Shown piece by piece: positions 1 through 10,286 of a stretch of DNA of 64,000 nt. The stretch's first letter is position 1. The number at the start of each line of letters is the position of its first letter. Source of the DNA: Armatimonadota bacterium (lineage in GTDB: Bacteria; Armatimonadota; SYMT01). The notes under the pieces are model-generated. The model saw nothing but the letters and a program-made list of their open reading frames with translations, did not search any database and was not told the DNA's origin. The stretch covers positions 267,824 to 331,823 of the forward strand of contig JBKBRF010000002.1 of assembly GCA_046292385.1 (NCBI GenBank), read 5' to 3'. Both the position numbers and the translations under genes were made by a program.

Positions 1-818
1 CCGGGCCGGTACTCCAGCTCGGAGCCCTTGACCACCACCAGGCGCGGCTCCCCGTCGATGGTGTAGACCGTGGCGCCGAGACGGGGGTCGCCGCCGTACT
101 CCCGCAGGTTGCGGAGCTCCGTAATGGTCCCGCCCGCGTCGTCTGCCGGGAGCTCCAGGTTGCCGTCCACTACCACGCCGGCGCCGGTCAGCACCGGGGA
201 GCTGTCGGCGAGGACCACCCGCAGCGGGCCCCGGATCTGCGGAGAGGTGATCTCCGCGCGGGTGCCGGTAACGCGCATCCGGATCTCGTCCTGGTCCCCC
301 AGGTGGAGCCCCGGCACCGGCGCGTTTCGGGTCGCCTCCTCGCGAGTCCACGCTCCCTCCGTGGTGAGCGTCAGTACGGGGCGGTCGTCGACCAGGAGCT
401 GCGGCGGCACCACCTTCACCGTGTCGCCCGGCGTGCCGATGACGCGCTTGATGAAGTCCTTCTCCTCCGGCGACGCCTCCGGGGGCGCCTTGAAGACGAT
501 GATGTGCCCGCGCTCGGGGTCGAAGAACCGGTACACGAGCTTGTTCACGAGGAGCCGGTCGCCGACCGGGTGCTCCGGCGGTCCGTGGAGGGTCGGCTCC
601 ATGGAGCCGGAAGGGATGTAGAACGCCTGGAACAGGAACGGCCGGATGACGAGGAAGACCACCACCACCACGGAGAGAACGACCTGCACGTTCTCCACGA
701 TCCAGACGGAGAGACTGTCTCTCGCGGGCCCGGGAATCCGCACCAGCGCCAGAAGCAGGGCCATCACGCCGACGGCGATCAGCACGTTCTTGGCGCCCAG
801 GTTTGCGAGGTAATCCAT
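1..818 (-). CDS. lepB: Signal peptidase I (S26), paralog 2; truncated by window edge
   Basis: Not in the ORF track. Manual translation from ATG at 818: [23 protein letters not shown]...[15 protein letters not shown]...[13 protein letters not shown]...[15 protein letters not shown], containing the catalytic Ser and Lys boxes. Confidence 0.93.
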   Translation of the reverse strand, partial: MDYLANLGAKNVLIAVGVMALLLALVRIPGPARDSLSVWIVENVQVVLSVVVVVFLVIRPFLFQAFYIPSGSMEPTLHGPPEHPVGDRLLVNKLVYRFFDPERGHIIVFKAPPEASPEEKDFIKRVIGTPGDTVKVVPPQLLVDDRPVLTLTTEGAWTREEATRNAPVPGLHLGDQDEIRMRVTGTRAEITSPQIRGPLRVVLADSSPVLTGAGVVVDGNLELPADDAGGTITELRNLREYGGDPRLGATVYTIDGEPRLVVVKGSELEYRP

Positions 819-844
819 CTAGGAGTTGGGGGGAGACGGAGGGG

Positions 845-2026
845 TTAGCGACTCAGGAAGCGCTGCGTCAGATTATAGACCACCAGCAGCCCCGCCACCG
901 CCAGCACGAGCCACCATTTGAACAGGGTGGCCCGGTGCATCGGCCAGAACAGGATCTCCGCCCGGCCGATGATGCGGTCTCGCTTGAGCGGGCCCCAGCT
1001 ATGGCTGTCGTTGCTGTTGTTCCGGTTGTCGCCCATCATGAAATACTCGTCATTGCCGAGCTTCCGGGGCGCCATGGTGTATTCCGGGGCTTCCTTGAGG
1101 TAGGGCTCCGGCAGCGGCTCGCCGTCGATCCGGACGTGCGGCTCGCGGACTTCGAGCTTCTTACCCTTCGCCACGAGCAGGCGCGGCTCGCCGTCGATGG
1201 TAAAGGTCCAGCCTTCCAGGCCGTCTTCTCCGCCGTAGGGAGAGAGGCTCGGCTCGGCGAGGATCCGGCCGCCGGCATCGCGCAGCAGCGTCTTACCGTT
1301 CACCGTCACCTGGTACCGCGTCTGCCGCACGTCCAGCTTCGGCGCGGCGAAGACGGTGAGCGGCTCCGTGTAGCTGGAGAGCTCCACCACCGCGCGGCTC
1401 CCCTTCACGCGCACCGATCCCTCGCCCTCTTCCGCGATCACGCCGTTCGGCTCCGTACTGAGCTTCACCACCGTGCGGCCGTCGACCACCATCTCCCGGC
1501 CCACCACTTCGATCGTCTCGCCCGGGAGGCCGATCACCCGCTTGATGAACTCCTTCTCCTCCACGGACGCCTCCGCCGGAGCCCGGAAGACGGCGATATC
1601 GTAGCGGCTCGGATCGGTGACGCGATAGATCAGCTTGTTCACCAGCAGCCGGTCGCCGGTCGCCTTTCCGGCCATGATCGGGTTCGGACGCAAGTCGTCC
1701 GCCTGCGCGCCGCCTAGGGTGCTGCCGTTCATGTCGGCATCCGGCGGGCCCATCAGGGTCGGCTCCATGGAGCCGGAGGGGATGTAGAACGCCTGGAACA
1801 GGAACGGCCGGATGAGGAGGAAGACCACCACCACCACGGAGAGAACGACCTGCAGGTTTTCGACCCACCAGCTCCCGGAGCGGTCCGAAGGCCGCGTCGT
1901 GAGACGCGCCACGGAGAGCAGCAGCGCCATCACCCCCACCGCCAGCAAGACCTTGGCGGTGGTGAGATTCGCCAGCCACTCCGTTACCTGCGAGAACCAA
2001 TCCCAGAACTGCATCGAATACTCCAC
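845..2026 (-). CDS. lepB: Signal peptidase I (S26), paralog 1
   Basis: [28 protein letters not shown] and MMGDNRNNSNDSH boxes. Alternative ATG start at 2014. Confidence 0.95.
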   Translation of the reverse strand: MEYSMQFWDWFSQVTEWLANLTTAKVLLAVGVMALLLSVARLTTRPSDRSGSWWVENLQVVLSVVVVVFLLIRPFLFQAFYIPSGSMEPTLMGPPDADMNGSTLGGAQADDLRPNPIMAGKATGDRLLVNKLIYRVTDPSRYDIAVFRAPAEASVEEKEFIKRVIGLPGETIEVVGREMVVDGRTVVKLSTEPNGVIAEEGEGSVRVKGSRAVVELSSYTEPLTVFAAPKLDVRQTRYQVTVNGKTLLRDAGGRILAEPSLSPYGGEDGLEGWTFTIDGEPRLLVAKGKKLEVREPHVRIDGEPLPEPYLKEAPEYTMAPRKLGNDEYFMMGDNRNNSNDSHSWGPLKRDRIIGRAEILFWPMHRATLFKWWLVLAVAGLLVVYNLTQRFLSR

Positions 2027-2030
2027 TTTT

Positions 2031-2211
2031 TAGGGTCTAGGGTCTAGGGTTTAGGGGGTAGGGTGTAGGGCTGGCGATCGGCCTATTTGCCATTCGGGAA
2101 CCACAGCCCTGACCCGTTTGAAAAACCTAGGCATTTGAAAGCAGAACCTGTTTGCGGAAGGCGCAGCGCCAGCCGGACGAGCTACACCCTACCCCCTAGA
2201 CCCTAGACCCT
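2031..2211. repeat. Inverted pair of TAGGGTN heptamer arrays flanking a ~90-bp core
   Basis: tagggtc tagggtc tagggtt taggggg tagggtg tagggctggcg (2031-2076) against cgccagcc...ctacacc ctacccc ctagacc ctagacc (2167-2211). Confidence 0.9.
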
Positions 2212-2223
2212 GGCGAAGCCCAA

Positions 2224-3549
2224 TCAGCGACTCGCCGCCAGCGCCTGGTCGGACTTCCTCTTCAGCTCCAGGGCGGCGGCGCGCGGCTCCATTTTACCAC
2301 TCACCACGGCTCGTGCAGAGTCCTCGAGCAAGCTGCGGACTTCCTGCCAGCCAATCACGTTCGGCTCCGGGCGGGCGACCGGCAGCGTGTGCCAGATCGT
2401 GAGCGCCCGCGGGTTATCCCGGTAGAACTCCCGCATCTCCGGCAGCTCCACGGCGGAGCGCCGGATCGGCAGGTAGCCGGTCTCCCGCGCCCACCGGGCG
2501 GTGACCGGCGGCGAGACGAAATACTTCACAAACTTCCAGGCCTCCCGCTCCTGCTCCGGCGAGCCCCGGAAGAGGCAGACGTTCGGCCCATACATCACGG
2601 TAGCCGGCTCCGCCGCCTGCGCGTGCGGCAGCAGCGCCACGTCCCACCGGAACCGGTCCCCCACCTGCTCCTCCATGAAGCTGCGCATGGAGCTGGTCTC
2701 CGTGGCGAACGCGCAGCGCTGCGCCAGGAAGAGCGATCCCACGTCGTCCGCGGGCGCTTCCAGCAGCGTGCCCGCCTGCCGCATCCGCTGCAGCATCGCC
2801 AGCGTCTCCACCATCGGCGGCTCGTCGAAGCGGGTCCGCTGCCCGTCTTCCGTGAGCGGGTGCCCGCCGCGGGAGAAGAGCATGCCGTCCAGCGTCGACG
2901 CATCCGCGGTGAAGCCGTAAGCGGGCGCGCCGAGCTGCCGCGAGATCGCCGCCGCCTGCCGCTCCAGCTCCTCCCAGGTGACCGGCGGACGCGAAAAGCC
3001 GGCCTTCTCCAGCAGCTCCTGGTTGTAATAGAGCACCAGCGTGCTCTTGGTGAACGGGAACGAGAGCAGCTTCCCCTCGAACTCGGGATACCGGTTCGAT
3101 TGTAGATACGGCTCGGGGATGTCCGACAGTTCACTTTCGCTGAAACCGATCTCCGGATCGGCGATCAGGTCGTCGAGCGGGCGGACCACGCCGCTGCGCA
3201 TGTACTCCGTCACGTGCGCCTCGTAGGCCATCGTCATGGCGGGGAGACGCTTCGCCTGGACTGCCGCGCGCGCCTTCTGGAGGAGGTCGTTGTAGCCGGA
3301 CTGGAACACCGGCACGATCTCCACGCCCGGGTTCTCCCGGGAGTACTCCTCCGCGATGCGCCTGAGCGCCGCTTCCTGCTCGTCGCGGCGCGTGTGCCAC
3401 AGCTCCAGCCGCAGCCTGCCGGCCGCAGAGCCGTTGGCGGCGCCCCCGGCGCCGGTGCAGCCGGCGCCGGCGCAGAGCAGGAGCAGCCCCACCACGGCAC
3501 GGCGCGTGAGGCGTGTGAGGCGCACAGCAGACGGGACCGGAACGCTCAT
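2224..3549 (-). CDS. Carbohydrate/G3P-type ABC transporter substrate-binding protein (family 1), probable lipoprotein
   Basis: N-terminal hydrophobic segment ending AGC; FPFTKSTLVLYYNQELLEKAG and WARETGYLPIR motifs. Confidence 0.9.
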   Translation of the reverse strand: MSVPVPSAVRLTRLTRRAVVGLLLLCAGAGCTGAGGAANGSAAGRLRLELWHTRRDEQEAALRRIAEEYSRENPGVEIVPVFQSGYNDLLQKARAAVQAKRLPAMTMAYEAHVTEYMRSGVVRPLDDLIADPEIGFSESELSDIPEPYLQSNRYPEFEGKLLSFPFTKSTLVLYYNQELLEKAGFSRPPVTWEELERQAAAISRQLGAPAYGFTADASTLDGMLFSRGGHPLTEDGQRTRFDEPPMVETLAMLQRMRQAGTLLEAPADDVGSLFLAQRCAFATETSSMRSFMEEQVGDRFRWDVALLPHAQAAEPATVMYGPNVCLFRGSPEQEREAWKFVKYFVSPPVTARWARETGYLPIRRSAVELPEMREFYRDNPRALTIWHTLPVARPEPNVIGWQEVRSLLEDSARAVVSGKMEPRAAALELKRKSDQALAASR

Positions 3550-3571
3550 GCGAGACTCCTCTTCCCCGGGC

Positions 3572-4396
3572 TCAACCCTTGATCCCGGCGGTGACGCCCT
3601 CGATGAAGGTGCGCTGCGCCAGCAAGAACAGGAGCAGGACCGGCAGCATCGCCAGGGTCGACGCCGCCATCAACAGGTGCGGGCGCATCGCCTGGTCGGC
3701 CAGGAACACCTGCAGCCCTACCTCAATGGGACGGATCGCTTCCGTCTGGGTTACCAGCAGCGGCCAGAGCAGCGCGTTCCAGCTCCCCAGGAAGGCGAAG
3801 AGACCGGCCGTAGCCAGCGCGGGCCTCACCAGCGGCGCCGCCACGCTCCAGAGGAACCGGAGGTGCCCGCAGCCGTCGAGCTGGGCCGCCTCCAGGTAGT
3901 CGCGCGGCAGCGAGCGCAGCGACTGCGTCACCAGGAACACCGCGAAGACACTGGCGCCCCACGGCACGATCATCGCCCAGTAGGTATCGTACCATCCGAG
4001 CTGACTCACCGTCACAAAGTTGGGAATCAGCACCACCTCGAACGGGATCATCAGGGTGGCCAGGTAGAGACCGAAGAGCAGCCGGCGGCCGGGAAACTCC
4101 AGCAGCGCGAACGCGTAGGCGGCGGGAAGTGAGGTGGCGACCACCGAGGCGAGCACCGACCCCGCCACCAGCAGCGTGTTCCCGAAGTAGCGCGCGAACG
4201 GCGCCGCCTGCCACGCCTCCGGAAAGTTCCCCCACCGCGGGCTCTCCGGGAAGAGCTGGGGCGGGTACGCCAGCGCCTCCGCGGGAGACTTGAGCGCCGT
4301 CAGCAGCATCCAGACGAACGGAAACGCCACCAGCAGCGCCAGGCCGGCGAGCACCGCGTGCGCGGCGACGGAGCCGATTAGCTTCCTCGCGCGCAT
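3572..4396 (-). CDS. Carbohydrate ABC transporter permease (MalG/UgpE-like)
   Basis: True start MRARKLIGS at ATG 4396, overlapping the upstream stop (TGATG). EAA loop DYLEAAQLDGCG. Confidence 0.9.
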   Translation of the reverse strand: MRARKLIGSVAAHAVLAGLALLVAFPFVWMLLTALKSPAEALAYPPQLFPESPRWGNFPEAWQAAPFARYFGNTLLVAGSVLASVVATSLPAAYAFALLEFPGRRLLFGLYLATLMIPFEVVLIPNFVTVSQLGWYDTYWAMIVPWGASVFAVFLVTQSLRSLPRDYLEAAQLDGCGHLRFLWSVAAPLVRPALATAGLFAFLGSWNALLWPLLVTQTEAIRPIEVGLQVFLADQAMRPHLLMAASTLAMLPVLLLFLLAQRTFIEGVTAGIKG

Positions 4397-5403
4397 CACT
4401 GGTAGTGGACCCGCCGGCCCAGCACCCGGAACTGGAGCAGGGTGAGCGCCAGGATGATCAGGAAGAGCAGCAGCGCCACCGCGGAGGCGTAGCCTAGACC
4501 GAGCCGCGCCTGGTTCTGGTAGGCACTCAGGAAGATATACAGGGTGATGTTCTGGGTGGTGCCGTCCGGTCCGCCCCGGTGGTCCGGCGACAGGACGTAG
4601 AGCTGCGTGAAGTTCTGGAACGCGCGGATGGTAAGGATCACCATCAGCATAAAGAGTGTGGGGGTGATGAGCGGCAGGCGCACCGAGCGCATCAAGCGCC
4701 AGCCGCGTGCGCCGTCGAGCCGGGCCGCCTCGAGCACGCCCTCCGGCAGGGCCCCCAGGGCCGCGAGCAGGATCACCACCGCGAAGCCGAGGTTGTGCCA
4801 GACGGTGACCGCCATGATGCAGACGAGCGCCAGGCTGGGGCCGGCGGCCCACTTCGGCAGGCCGAGTCCCAGCGCCTCCGCCGCAAGCCGGAAGACACCC
4901 TGCTCCTCCCGCAGCCATTCCGGACGCGCCCCGAAGAGGCCGGCGGCGGCGGTCGCCAGCCCGAACTGCGGGTTCAGCAGCCAGAGCCAGACCGCCGCGG
5001 CGGCGACGGGCGAGACGACGTAGGGCGTGAAGAAGAGCAGCCGGTAGAAGGCGAGCCCGCGCAGGCGGCGCTGGAGCAGCTCTGCCAGCAAGTAGGCGAG
5101 CGCCAGGGTAGTCGGCACCGTGCCGAGCACGAACCAGAGGGTGACGCCGAGAGAGCTCCAGAGCTCCGGCTCGCGGAAGAGCGCCTGCCGGTAGTTCTCC
5201 AGCCCCACGAACGGCCCGGGCGCCAGCTTCCACTCCTGCAGGCTGAGCTGCGCGGCGCGGAAGAGCGGCAGAAAGCCGAAGGCGCCGACGATGACGAGGC
5301 TCGGCAGCAGGAACAACAGCGCCACCGGCGCGTCCCGCCACTTCTTTCCGAATCGGGCAGGGGTAGGCTTGCTTGCCTGCTCTGGCGGTGCGGGGGGAGC
5401 CAT
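4396..5403 (-). CDS. Carbohydrate ABC transporter permease (MalF/UgpA-like)
   Basis: Start MAPPAPPEQ at 5403; FVGLENY and VLEAARLDGA EAA loop. Confidence 0.9.
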   Translation of the reverse strand: MAPPAPPEQASKPTPARFGKKWRDAPVALLFLLPSLVIVGAFGFLPLFRAAQLSLQEWKLAPGPFVGLENYRQALFREPELWSSLGVTLWFVLGTVPTTLALAYLLAELLQRRLRGLAFYRLLFFTPYVVSPVAAAAVWLWLLNPQFGLATAAAGLFGARPEWLREEQGVFRLAAEALGLGLPKWAAGPSLALVCIMAVTVWHNLGFAVVILLAALGALPEGVLEAARLDGARGWRLMRSVRLPLITPTLFMLMVILTIRAFQNFTQLYVLSPDHRGGPDGTTQNITLYIFLSAYQNQARLGLGYASAVALLLFLIILALTLLQFRVLGRRVHYQ

Positions 5404-5413
5404 CGGTTGTTGT

Positions 5414-5422
5414 ATTTTAGCA
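5414..5422 (-). promoter_or_regulatory. Possible extended -10 promoter (TGCTAAAAT) with a very short leader for the ABC operon
   Basis: Minus strand reads gaaTGCTAAAATacaacaaccgATG. Confidence 0.45.
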
Positions 5423-5580
5423 TTCCGGCAGCCCGAACGCTCGATTGGTTGTGAAAGCGTTGGGTTGCTCGGTAGTCCGTGCCGATAATCCCGAATGATC
5501 AGCCGTGCGCCGGCTCCTGCCGGACTCCCCCTCGCATCCGGTCGCCTGGACCGCGGGCTCCCACCCCGCGGACTCTTTTT

Positions 5581-6516
5581 ATGCAGACTACCGCGCTCGT
5601 CCGTATCAGCTCTCCTGGACCGACCTCCCACGCCCACCTTCGCGCCCTGCGGGAGGCGACGCGGTGGGCAAGCCGGCAGCCCGGCTTTCGCGGCTGGCAG
5701 ACGTTCCGCGCCATGGATCCCTCCGGGGCGATCCTGGCGCTCATCGACTGGGACTCCGGCACCTCCCTGGAGAGAGCGGCGGCCGATCCCTGGCTGCAGG
5801 ATATCCGGAACCGGATCGCGCGGAACGGCTCCGTGGTGAGCCCGGTCGAGGTGCTGCCGCAGGTCTTCGACCGCCGGATCAGCCCCGGCGACGCAGCGGC
5901 GACGCTGATCCGCGTGAGCCGCACCGTCCGGCCGCAGCGAGCGAGCCTGCGGGATCGAGAGTTCGCGCTCCAGGCGCTGGCCGCTCCGGGAAGCGTGGCG
6001 ACCCGCGGCGCGCAGGACGCGACCGCCGGAGTGAGCGTGTGCCGGCTCGACTTCGAGCTGGAGGATGGCCTGTGGCACTTCCTCGAGTCGCCGCTGCGGA
6101 TGCGGTGGTCCGGCGCGGCACAGGGCGAAGAAGAGGAGACCTGGGCGATCAACCTCCCCCGGTTCGAAGAGCTGCCGCTGCGACCCCGGCCCGGGCTCAC
6201 CCCCGTGACGCCGCTCGCGATGCAGCTTTCGGTCGACGAGCGGTCTCACCGGGCCCGGGTGCGGCTCGAAGGCCGGATCGATCTCCGCGGCTCGGAGCAC
6301 TGTGAAAAGGTGTGCCGCTCGCTGCTGGAGGGCGGCTGCCGCACTCTAGAGCTCGACCTCTCGGAGCTCCAGGGGATCTCCGCGGAGGCGCTGGCGATGC
6401 TCACCCGGACTGCCCGCTACCTGAAGCAGCACGGCGGCGAGTTCATTGTTATCGACAACGCGACCCGCGTCCGACGCGTGGCCCGCACCAAGCACCTCGA
6501 AGCGTCGCTCGGTTAA
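5581..6516 (+). CDS. Two ABM-like (dimeric alpha/beta barrel) domains fused to a C-terminal STAS domain
   Basis: QPGFRGWQTF...LIDWDS and APGSVATRG...LDFELEDGLWHFLESP resemble ABM. VRLEGRIDL...LELDLSELQGISAEALAML...GGEFIVI resembles STAS. Confidence 0.7.
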   Translation: MQTTALVRISSPGPTSHAHLRALREATRWASRQPGFRGWQTFRAMDPSGAILALIDWDSGTSLERAAADPWLQDIRNRIARNGSVVSPVEVLPQVFDRRISPGDAAATLIRVSRTVRPQRASLRDREFALQALAAPGSVATRGAQDATAGVSVCRLDFELEDGLWHFLESPLRMRWSGAAQGEEEETWAINLPRFEELPLRPRPGLTPVTPLAMQLSVDERSHRARVRLEGRIDLRGSEHCEKVCRSLLEGGCRTLELDLSELQGISAEALAMLTRTARYLKQHGGEFIVIDNATRVRRVARTKHLEASLG

Positions 6517-6612
6517 GTCGCGCCGGCAGAGAACGTGGGAATCTCCGCGTTTGGACAGGATTCCGGCGCGGCGGGTAAACTAAGTTCGTCTCTTACGGAA
6601 GGCGAGCGGACG

Positions 6613-7296
6613 ATGATGACCCGGCGGAACCGAAGTGCCATCTTCCTGATGTGCGGAGCCCTGGTACTGGGCTCCGTGGCTCCCGCCCTGGCGGGGAAGG
6701 GCGGCGGGGGCGGCCGTGGCGGCGGCGGAGGCGGCGGCCGCTCCGGCGGCGGTCTTCGGAACCCGTTCCAGCGCCGGGGGCAGCCCAATCCGCCGCGCAC
6801 CGGGCGTCCCCACCACCGGCCTGGAGACGGAGGCGGGAACCGGGGCGGGGGTCGTGGACGCGACCGCCACCACCATCACCCGGGCCGCCGGTTCTATCGC
6901 TGGTCGCCCTGGTCGCTCGGCCTCTTCGGCGGCTACGGCGGCCTGGGGCTCGGCTTCGGCTACTACCGGAGTCCGTTCTACGACCCGTTCTACAGCCCGT
7001 ACTACTACTCCGGCATGGACCGGGAGTCGCGGGAGGATGAGGTCGGCTCCGGCAACGTGATCGTGAACGTGAAGCCGAGCAACGCCTCGGTCTACGTGGA
7101 CGGCCTGCTCTACAGCAGCAAGGGCAAGACGCGGTTCAACCTGCCGGTCGGCACCTGGAAGCTGGAGCTCCGCGCTCCCGGCTATCTGCCGCAGACGATC
7201 GAGCTCCGCGTCGAACAGGGCGTGGAGTACAAGATCGAGCGGAAGCTGGAGAAGGAGCCGGCACTGGAGCAGCCGCGCCGGAAGGAACGCGTCTAG
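6613..7296 (+). CDS. Exported Gly/Arg-rich protein with C-terminal PEGA domain
   Basis: Signal peptide ending APALA; VKPSNASVYVDG...LPVGTWKLELRAPGY PEGA pattern. Confidence 0.8.
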   Translation: MMTRRNRSAIFLMCGALVLGSVAPALAGKGGGGGRGGGGGGGRSGGGLRNPFQRRGQPNPPRTGRPHHRPGDGGGNRGGGRGRDRHHHHPGRRFYRWSPWSLGLFGGYGGLGLGFGYYRSPFYDPFYSPYYYSGMDRESREDEVGSGNVIVNVKPSNASVYVDGLLYSSKGKTRFNLPVGTWKLELRAPGYLPQTIELRVEQGVEYKIERKLEKEPALEQPRRKERV

Positions 7297-7369
7297 TCGG
7301 CTTCCGGTGCCGCCAGGATGGCAGCGGGTCAGGGCGGGGCGTTACGCCCCACGCTGGGACCGGGGAGCG

Positions 7370-8938
7370 TCAGCTGCTCGGCTCTCCCCACCCGCCGCCG
7401 CCGGGGGTCTCGATCGAGAGGCGGTCGCCAGGGGCGAGGGAAACCTCCGCCTTGCCGGGCAGGTCTCTCCACTTGCCGTCCCGGCAGACCCGGTTCCGCC
7501 CGCGGCTGCCCGGACCTCCCCCCTGCAGGCCGTAAGGAGCCCGGTCGCGCCGCTCCCCAATGAGCACGGCCCGTGCGGATCCGGTCGCCTCCAGCTCTCG
7601 CACCACCCCGTCCCCACCGCGGTGCCGCCCCTCCCCACCGGAGCCCTCACGCAAGGCGTAGCGCCGGACGCGCAGCGGGTAGTGGTACTCCAGCGCTTCC
7701 GCCGGGGTGTTGCGGGTGTTGCTCATGTGGCAGTGGATCCCGGAGACGGCGTCGCGGCCCGGACCGGCGCCCGCGCCGCCGCCGAGCGTCTCGTAATAGG
7801 CCCACGGCTCCCCGTGTCGCGGATCGATCCCGCCGAGCGTCAGGTTGTTCATGGTGCCCTGGCTCGCCGCCGGCAGGCGGTCCGGGAATGCCTGCGCCAG
7901 CGCGCCCAGGACGACGTCGGTGATCCGCTGGCTGGTCTCCACGTTGCCGGCGGCGACGGAGGCGGGAGGGCGGGGATTGACGAGCGATCCTTCCGGGGCG
8001 ACGATCCGGATCGGCTCCAGCGCCCCCTGGTTCAGCTCGACGTGGCGCGGGAGCAGGCAGATCAGGGAGTAGTAGACGGCGGAGCAGGTGACGGCGAACG
8101 GCGCGTTGACTGACCCCGGCTGCTGCGCCGCGGTCCCGGTGAAGTCGACCACCACACCCCGGCCGGAGCGCTCCACGGATACCCGGACCGGAAGCGGTCC
8201 GCTCCCCCGGCCGTCGTCGTCCAGCACGTCTTCGAACCGCAGGGTCCCGGCGGGTAACCCGGCAATCACGCGCTCCACGGCGCGAGCGGTGCGCCGGCGG
8301 GCCGCCGCCGCGCGGGCGCGCAGCTGGGCGGCGCCGTAGCGCTCCAGCAGCTCTCCGAAGCGCCGAAGGCCGGTCTCGTTGGCGGCGAGCTGAGCGTCGA
8401 AATCGCCGCGGCGCTCCCGAGGCGTGCGAACGTTCCGGCAGATCAGCTCGAGCAGCTCTTCATTGAGACGGCCGCGCTCCAGCAGCCGGAGGGGCGGGAT
8501 GATCACGCCTTCCTGGTAGATCTCCGTGGTGGCGGAGAGGGAGCCGGGGCTGGCCCCTCCCACGTCGGCGTGGTGCGCGCGGTTTGCCACGAAGCCGACC
8601 AGGCGGCGGGAGGCGGTGAAGACGGGGGAGACGAGGCTGATATCCGGGAGATGCGTGCCGCCGACGAACGGATCGTTGCAGATCACGGCGTCGCCGGGTC
8701 GCCACCGGAATCGCGGCACCAGGTGAGCCATCAGGATGGGGAAGGCGCCGAGGTGCACCGGGATGTGCTCCGCCTGCGCCAGGAGGCGACCGGCGGCGTC
8801 GAAGATGGCGCAGGAGTGATCGCGGCGCTCCTTGATGTTGGGCGAGAAGGCGGTCCGCTCCAGCGTGACCCCCATCTCCTCCGCGATGGAGGCGAACAGG
8901 TGGCGGAAGACTTCGTCGGCGACGGGATCGGCGGGCAT
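7370..8938 (-). CDS. Hydantoinase B/5-oxoprolinase subunit B
   Basis: [39 protein letters not shown] and TPGGGGWG motifs. Confidence 0.95.
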   Translation of the reverse strand: MPADPVADEVFRHLFASIAEEMGVTLERTAFSPNIKERRDHSCAIFDAAGRLLAQAEHIPVHLGAFPILMAHLVPRFRWRPGDAVICNDPFVGGTHLPDISLVSPVFTASRRLVGFVANRAHHADVGGASPGSLSATTEIYQEGVIIPPLRLLERGRLNEELLELICRNVRTPRERRGDFDAQLAANETGLRRFGELLERYGAAQLRARAAAARRRTARAVERVIAGLPAGTLRFEDVLDDDGRGSGPLPVRVSVERSGRGVVVDFTGTAAQQPGSVNAPFAVTCSAVYYSLICLLPRHVELNQGALEPIRIVAPEGSLVNPRPPASVAAGNVETSQRITDVVLGALAQAFPDRLPAASQGTMNNLTLGGIDPRHGEPWAYYETLGGGAGAGPGRDAVSGIHCHMSNTRNTPAEALEYHYPLRVRRYALREGSGGEGRHRGGDGVVRELEATGSARAVLIGERRDRAPYGLQGGGPGSRGRNRVCRDGKWRDLPGKAEVSLAPGDRLSIETPGGGGWGEPSS

Positions 8939-8959
8939 CAGTCTGAAGGGCTAAGCGGC

Positions 8960-8994
8960 GAGGGCCCCGGGCGGATCACTCCGCCGGGGCCCTC
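8960..8994. terminator. GC stem-loop between the secreted-protein cluster and hydantoinase B
   Basis: gagggccccgggcgga-tcac-tccgccggggccctc; no clear U-tract. Confidence 0.5.
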
Positions 8995-9022
8995 GACTCC
9001 TCTTTCGACGGAACGGCGCAGC

Positions 9023-10216
9023 CTAGAGGAGGAAGCTGACGCCGACCAGGAAGGCCGCGAGGCCGAGCCAGGACGGGATTTTGATGCCGGAGCGATCCCG
9101 TCGCTCCCGCACTTCCGCCTTGGCATAGCCATACGGCACCGGCTCTCCGGCCTGGTCCGCCACCGCCTTCACGGCGTTGGGGTCGGGGGCAGGCGCCGGG
9201 GCTACGGTCTCGCCGGGAGCAGCGGGGGCAGCCGGCGGCTGCGCGACCGCTTCACCGGCCGGGGCCGCGGTCTTCACATCGGCGTCGCGCCCGTTCTCTA
9301 CCGCCGCCGCACGCTCCGGAGCAGCCTGGCGCCGCTCGCGCGGGGTGCGCCGACCGCCGCGTCGCCGAGAATCCTCGTCGGTGGCGGCAGGCGGGGGCGG
9401 AGTAACGAGCTGAATGCCGAGCGCCGGGTAGAGCCGATGGGCGGCGTCGGTGACGGCGCGGTCGATCACCAGCGTCTGGGCTACCCCTTCGGTGCCCTGA
9501 GCGGCGCCGGAGACGACACCGGCGCGGATCACGTCGGCAGTGGTGCTATTGACGAGCTGTGCGTCGATCGTCACCTCCGCGCGGTTGGCCGCGGCATCGA
9601 TGTTCGGCTCGATCGTGCCGATGAGGACCGCCTGAATCCCCAGCCGGTGCGCGATGAGGCGCGCCTTCTCCGGATCGATCTCACCGGAGGCGGAGTAGAG
9701 ATCCTGCAGATGCGCCGGCTCCAGCACCCCCTGGTTGCGGCCGCGCACGACGAGCGCCGAGCGAGGATGATAGGTCTGCACCTCGTAAGCCGGGGTGGCC
9801 AGGAGCGCCGCCTTGACCGCCGCCGTGGCGCGGGCGGCGAGCTGCCGCTGCTCCGTGGTGAGCGTGGTCGATTCTTCCGGCGGGGCGCCCTGCACGGTCA
9901 CGCGGTGCTGCAGAGCGCCTTCCGGCGCCGGCTCCGGAGCCGCATCGCTCGGGAAGCCGAAGGGGAACACCATCACGGAGATGGGCTGCCCCGGAACGAT
10001 GGGCGTCGGCGGAAGGTAGGTGCCGACGGGCCCCGCGGGACCACCGCCGAGGCCGCCGAAGGGGCTGCCCGGAGCGGGCGCGGGGGCGGCGGGGGTGCCG
10101 CCCGCAGGCGGGGACAGCGGTCCCTCTGAAGGCGGCTGCTGCGCGCGGCCGGCCGTCGGTGCGAAGAGCACCGCTCCGATTGCGCCGGACAGCAACCACC
10201 GATGCGCGATCCTCAT
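9023..10216 (-). CDS. Exported protein with CsgG/FlgO-like domain, Pro/Ala linker and C-terminal hydrophobic tail
   Basis: Start MRIAHRW with signal peptide ending GRA-QQ; ARLIAHRLGIQAVLIGTI...VTIDAQLVNSTTADVI; tail IPSWLGLAAFLVGVSFLL*. Confidence 0.7.
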   Translation of the reverse strand: MRIAHRWLLSGAIGAVLFAPTAGRAQQPPSEGPLSPPAGGTPAAPAPAPGSPFGGLGGGPAGPVGTYLPPTPIVPGQPISVMVFPFGFPSDAAPEPAPEGALQHRVTVQGAPPEESTTLTTEQRQLAARATAAVKAALLATPAYEVQTYHPRSALVVRGRNQGVLEPAHLQDLYSASGEIDPEKARLIAHRLGIQAVLIGTIEPNIDAAANRAEVTIDAQLVNSTTADVIRAGVVSGAAQGTEGVAQTLVIDRAVTDAAHRLYPALGIQLVTPPPPAATDEDSRRRGGRRTPRERRQAAPERAAAVENGRDADVKTAAPAGEAVAQPPAAPAAPGETVAPAPAPDPNAVKAVADQAGEPVPYGYAKAEVRERRDRSGIKIPSWLGLAAFLVGVSFLL

Positions 10217-10286
10217 TGTGAGTCTCCTGGGGAGTTTTCGGATGCCGGCGGCTGTCCGCGATCGAACGGCCGCCGGCACCCGGGAT

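Noticed and set aside
2031..2070. Eukaryotic telomere contamination or misassembly
   Set aside because: Period is 7 and degenerate, arrays come in inverted pairs, and they sit between intact bacterial genes.
2224..5403. ABC operon missing its ATPase
   Set aside because: Carbohydrate ABC systems commonly share an MsmK-type ATPase encoded elsewhere.
3572..6300. ORF-track 589-aa and 634-aa 'extended' permeases
   Set aside because: Upstream extensions are out-of-frame or antisense read-through. The real starts are at 4396 and 5403.
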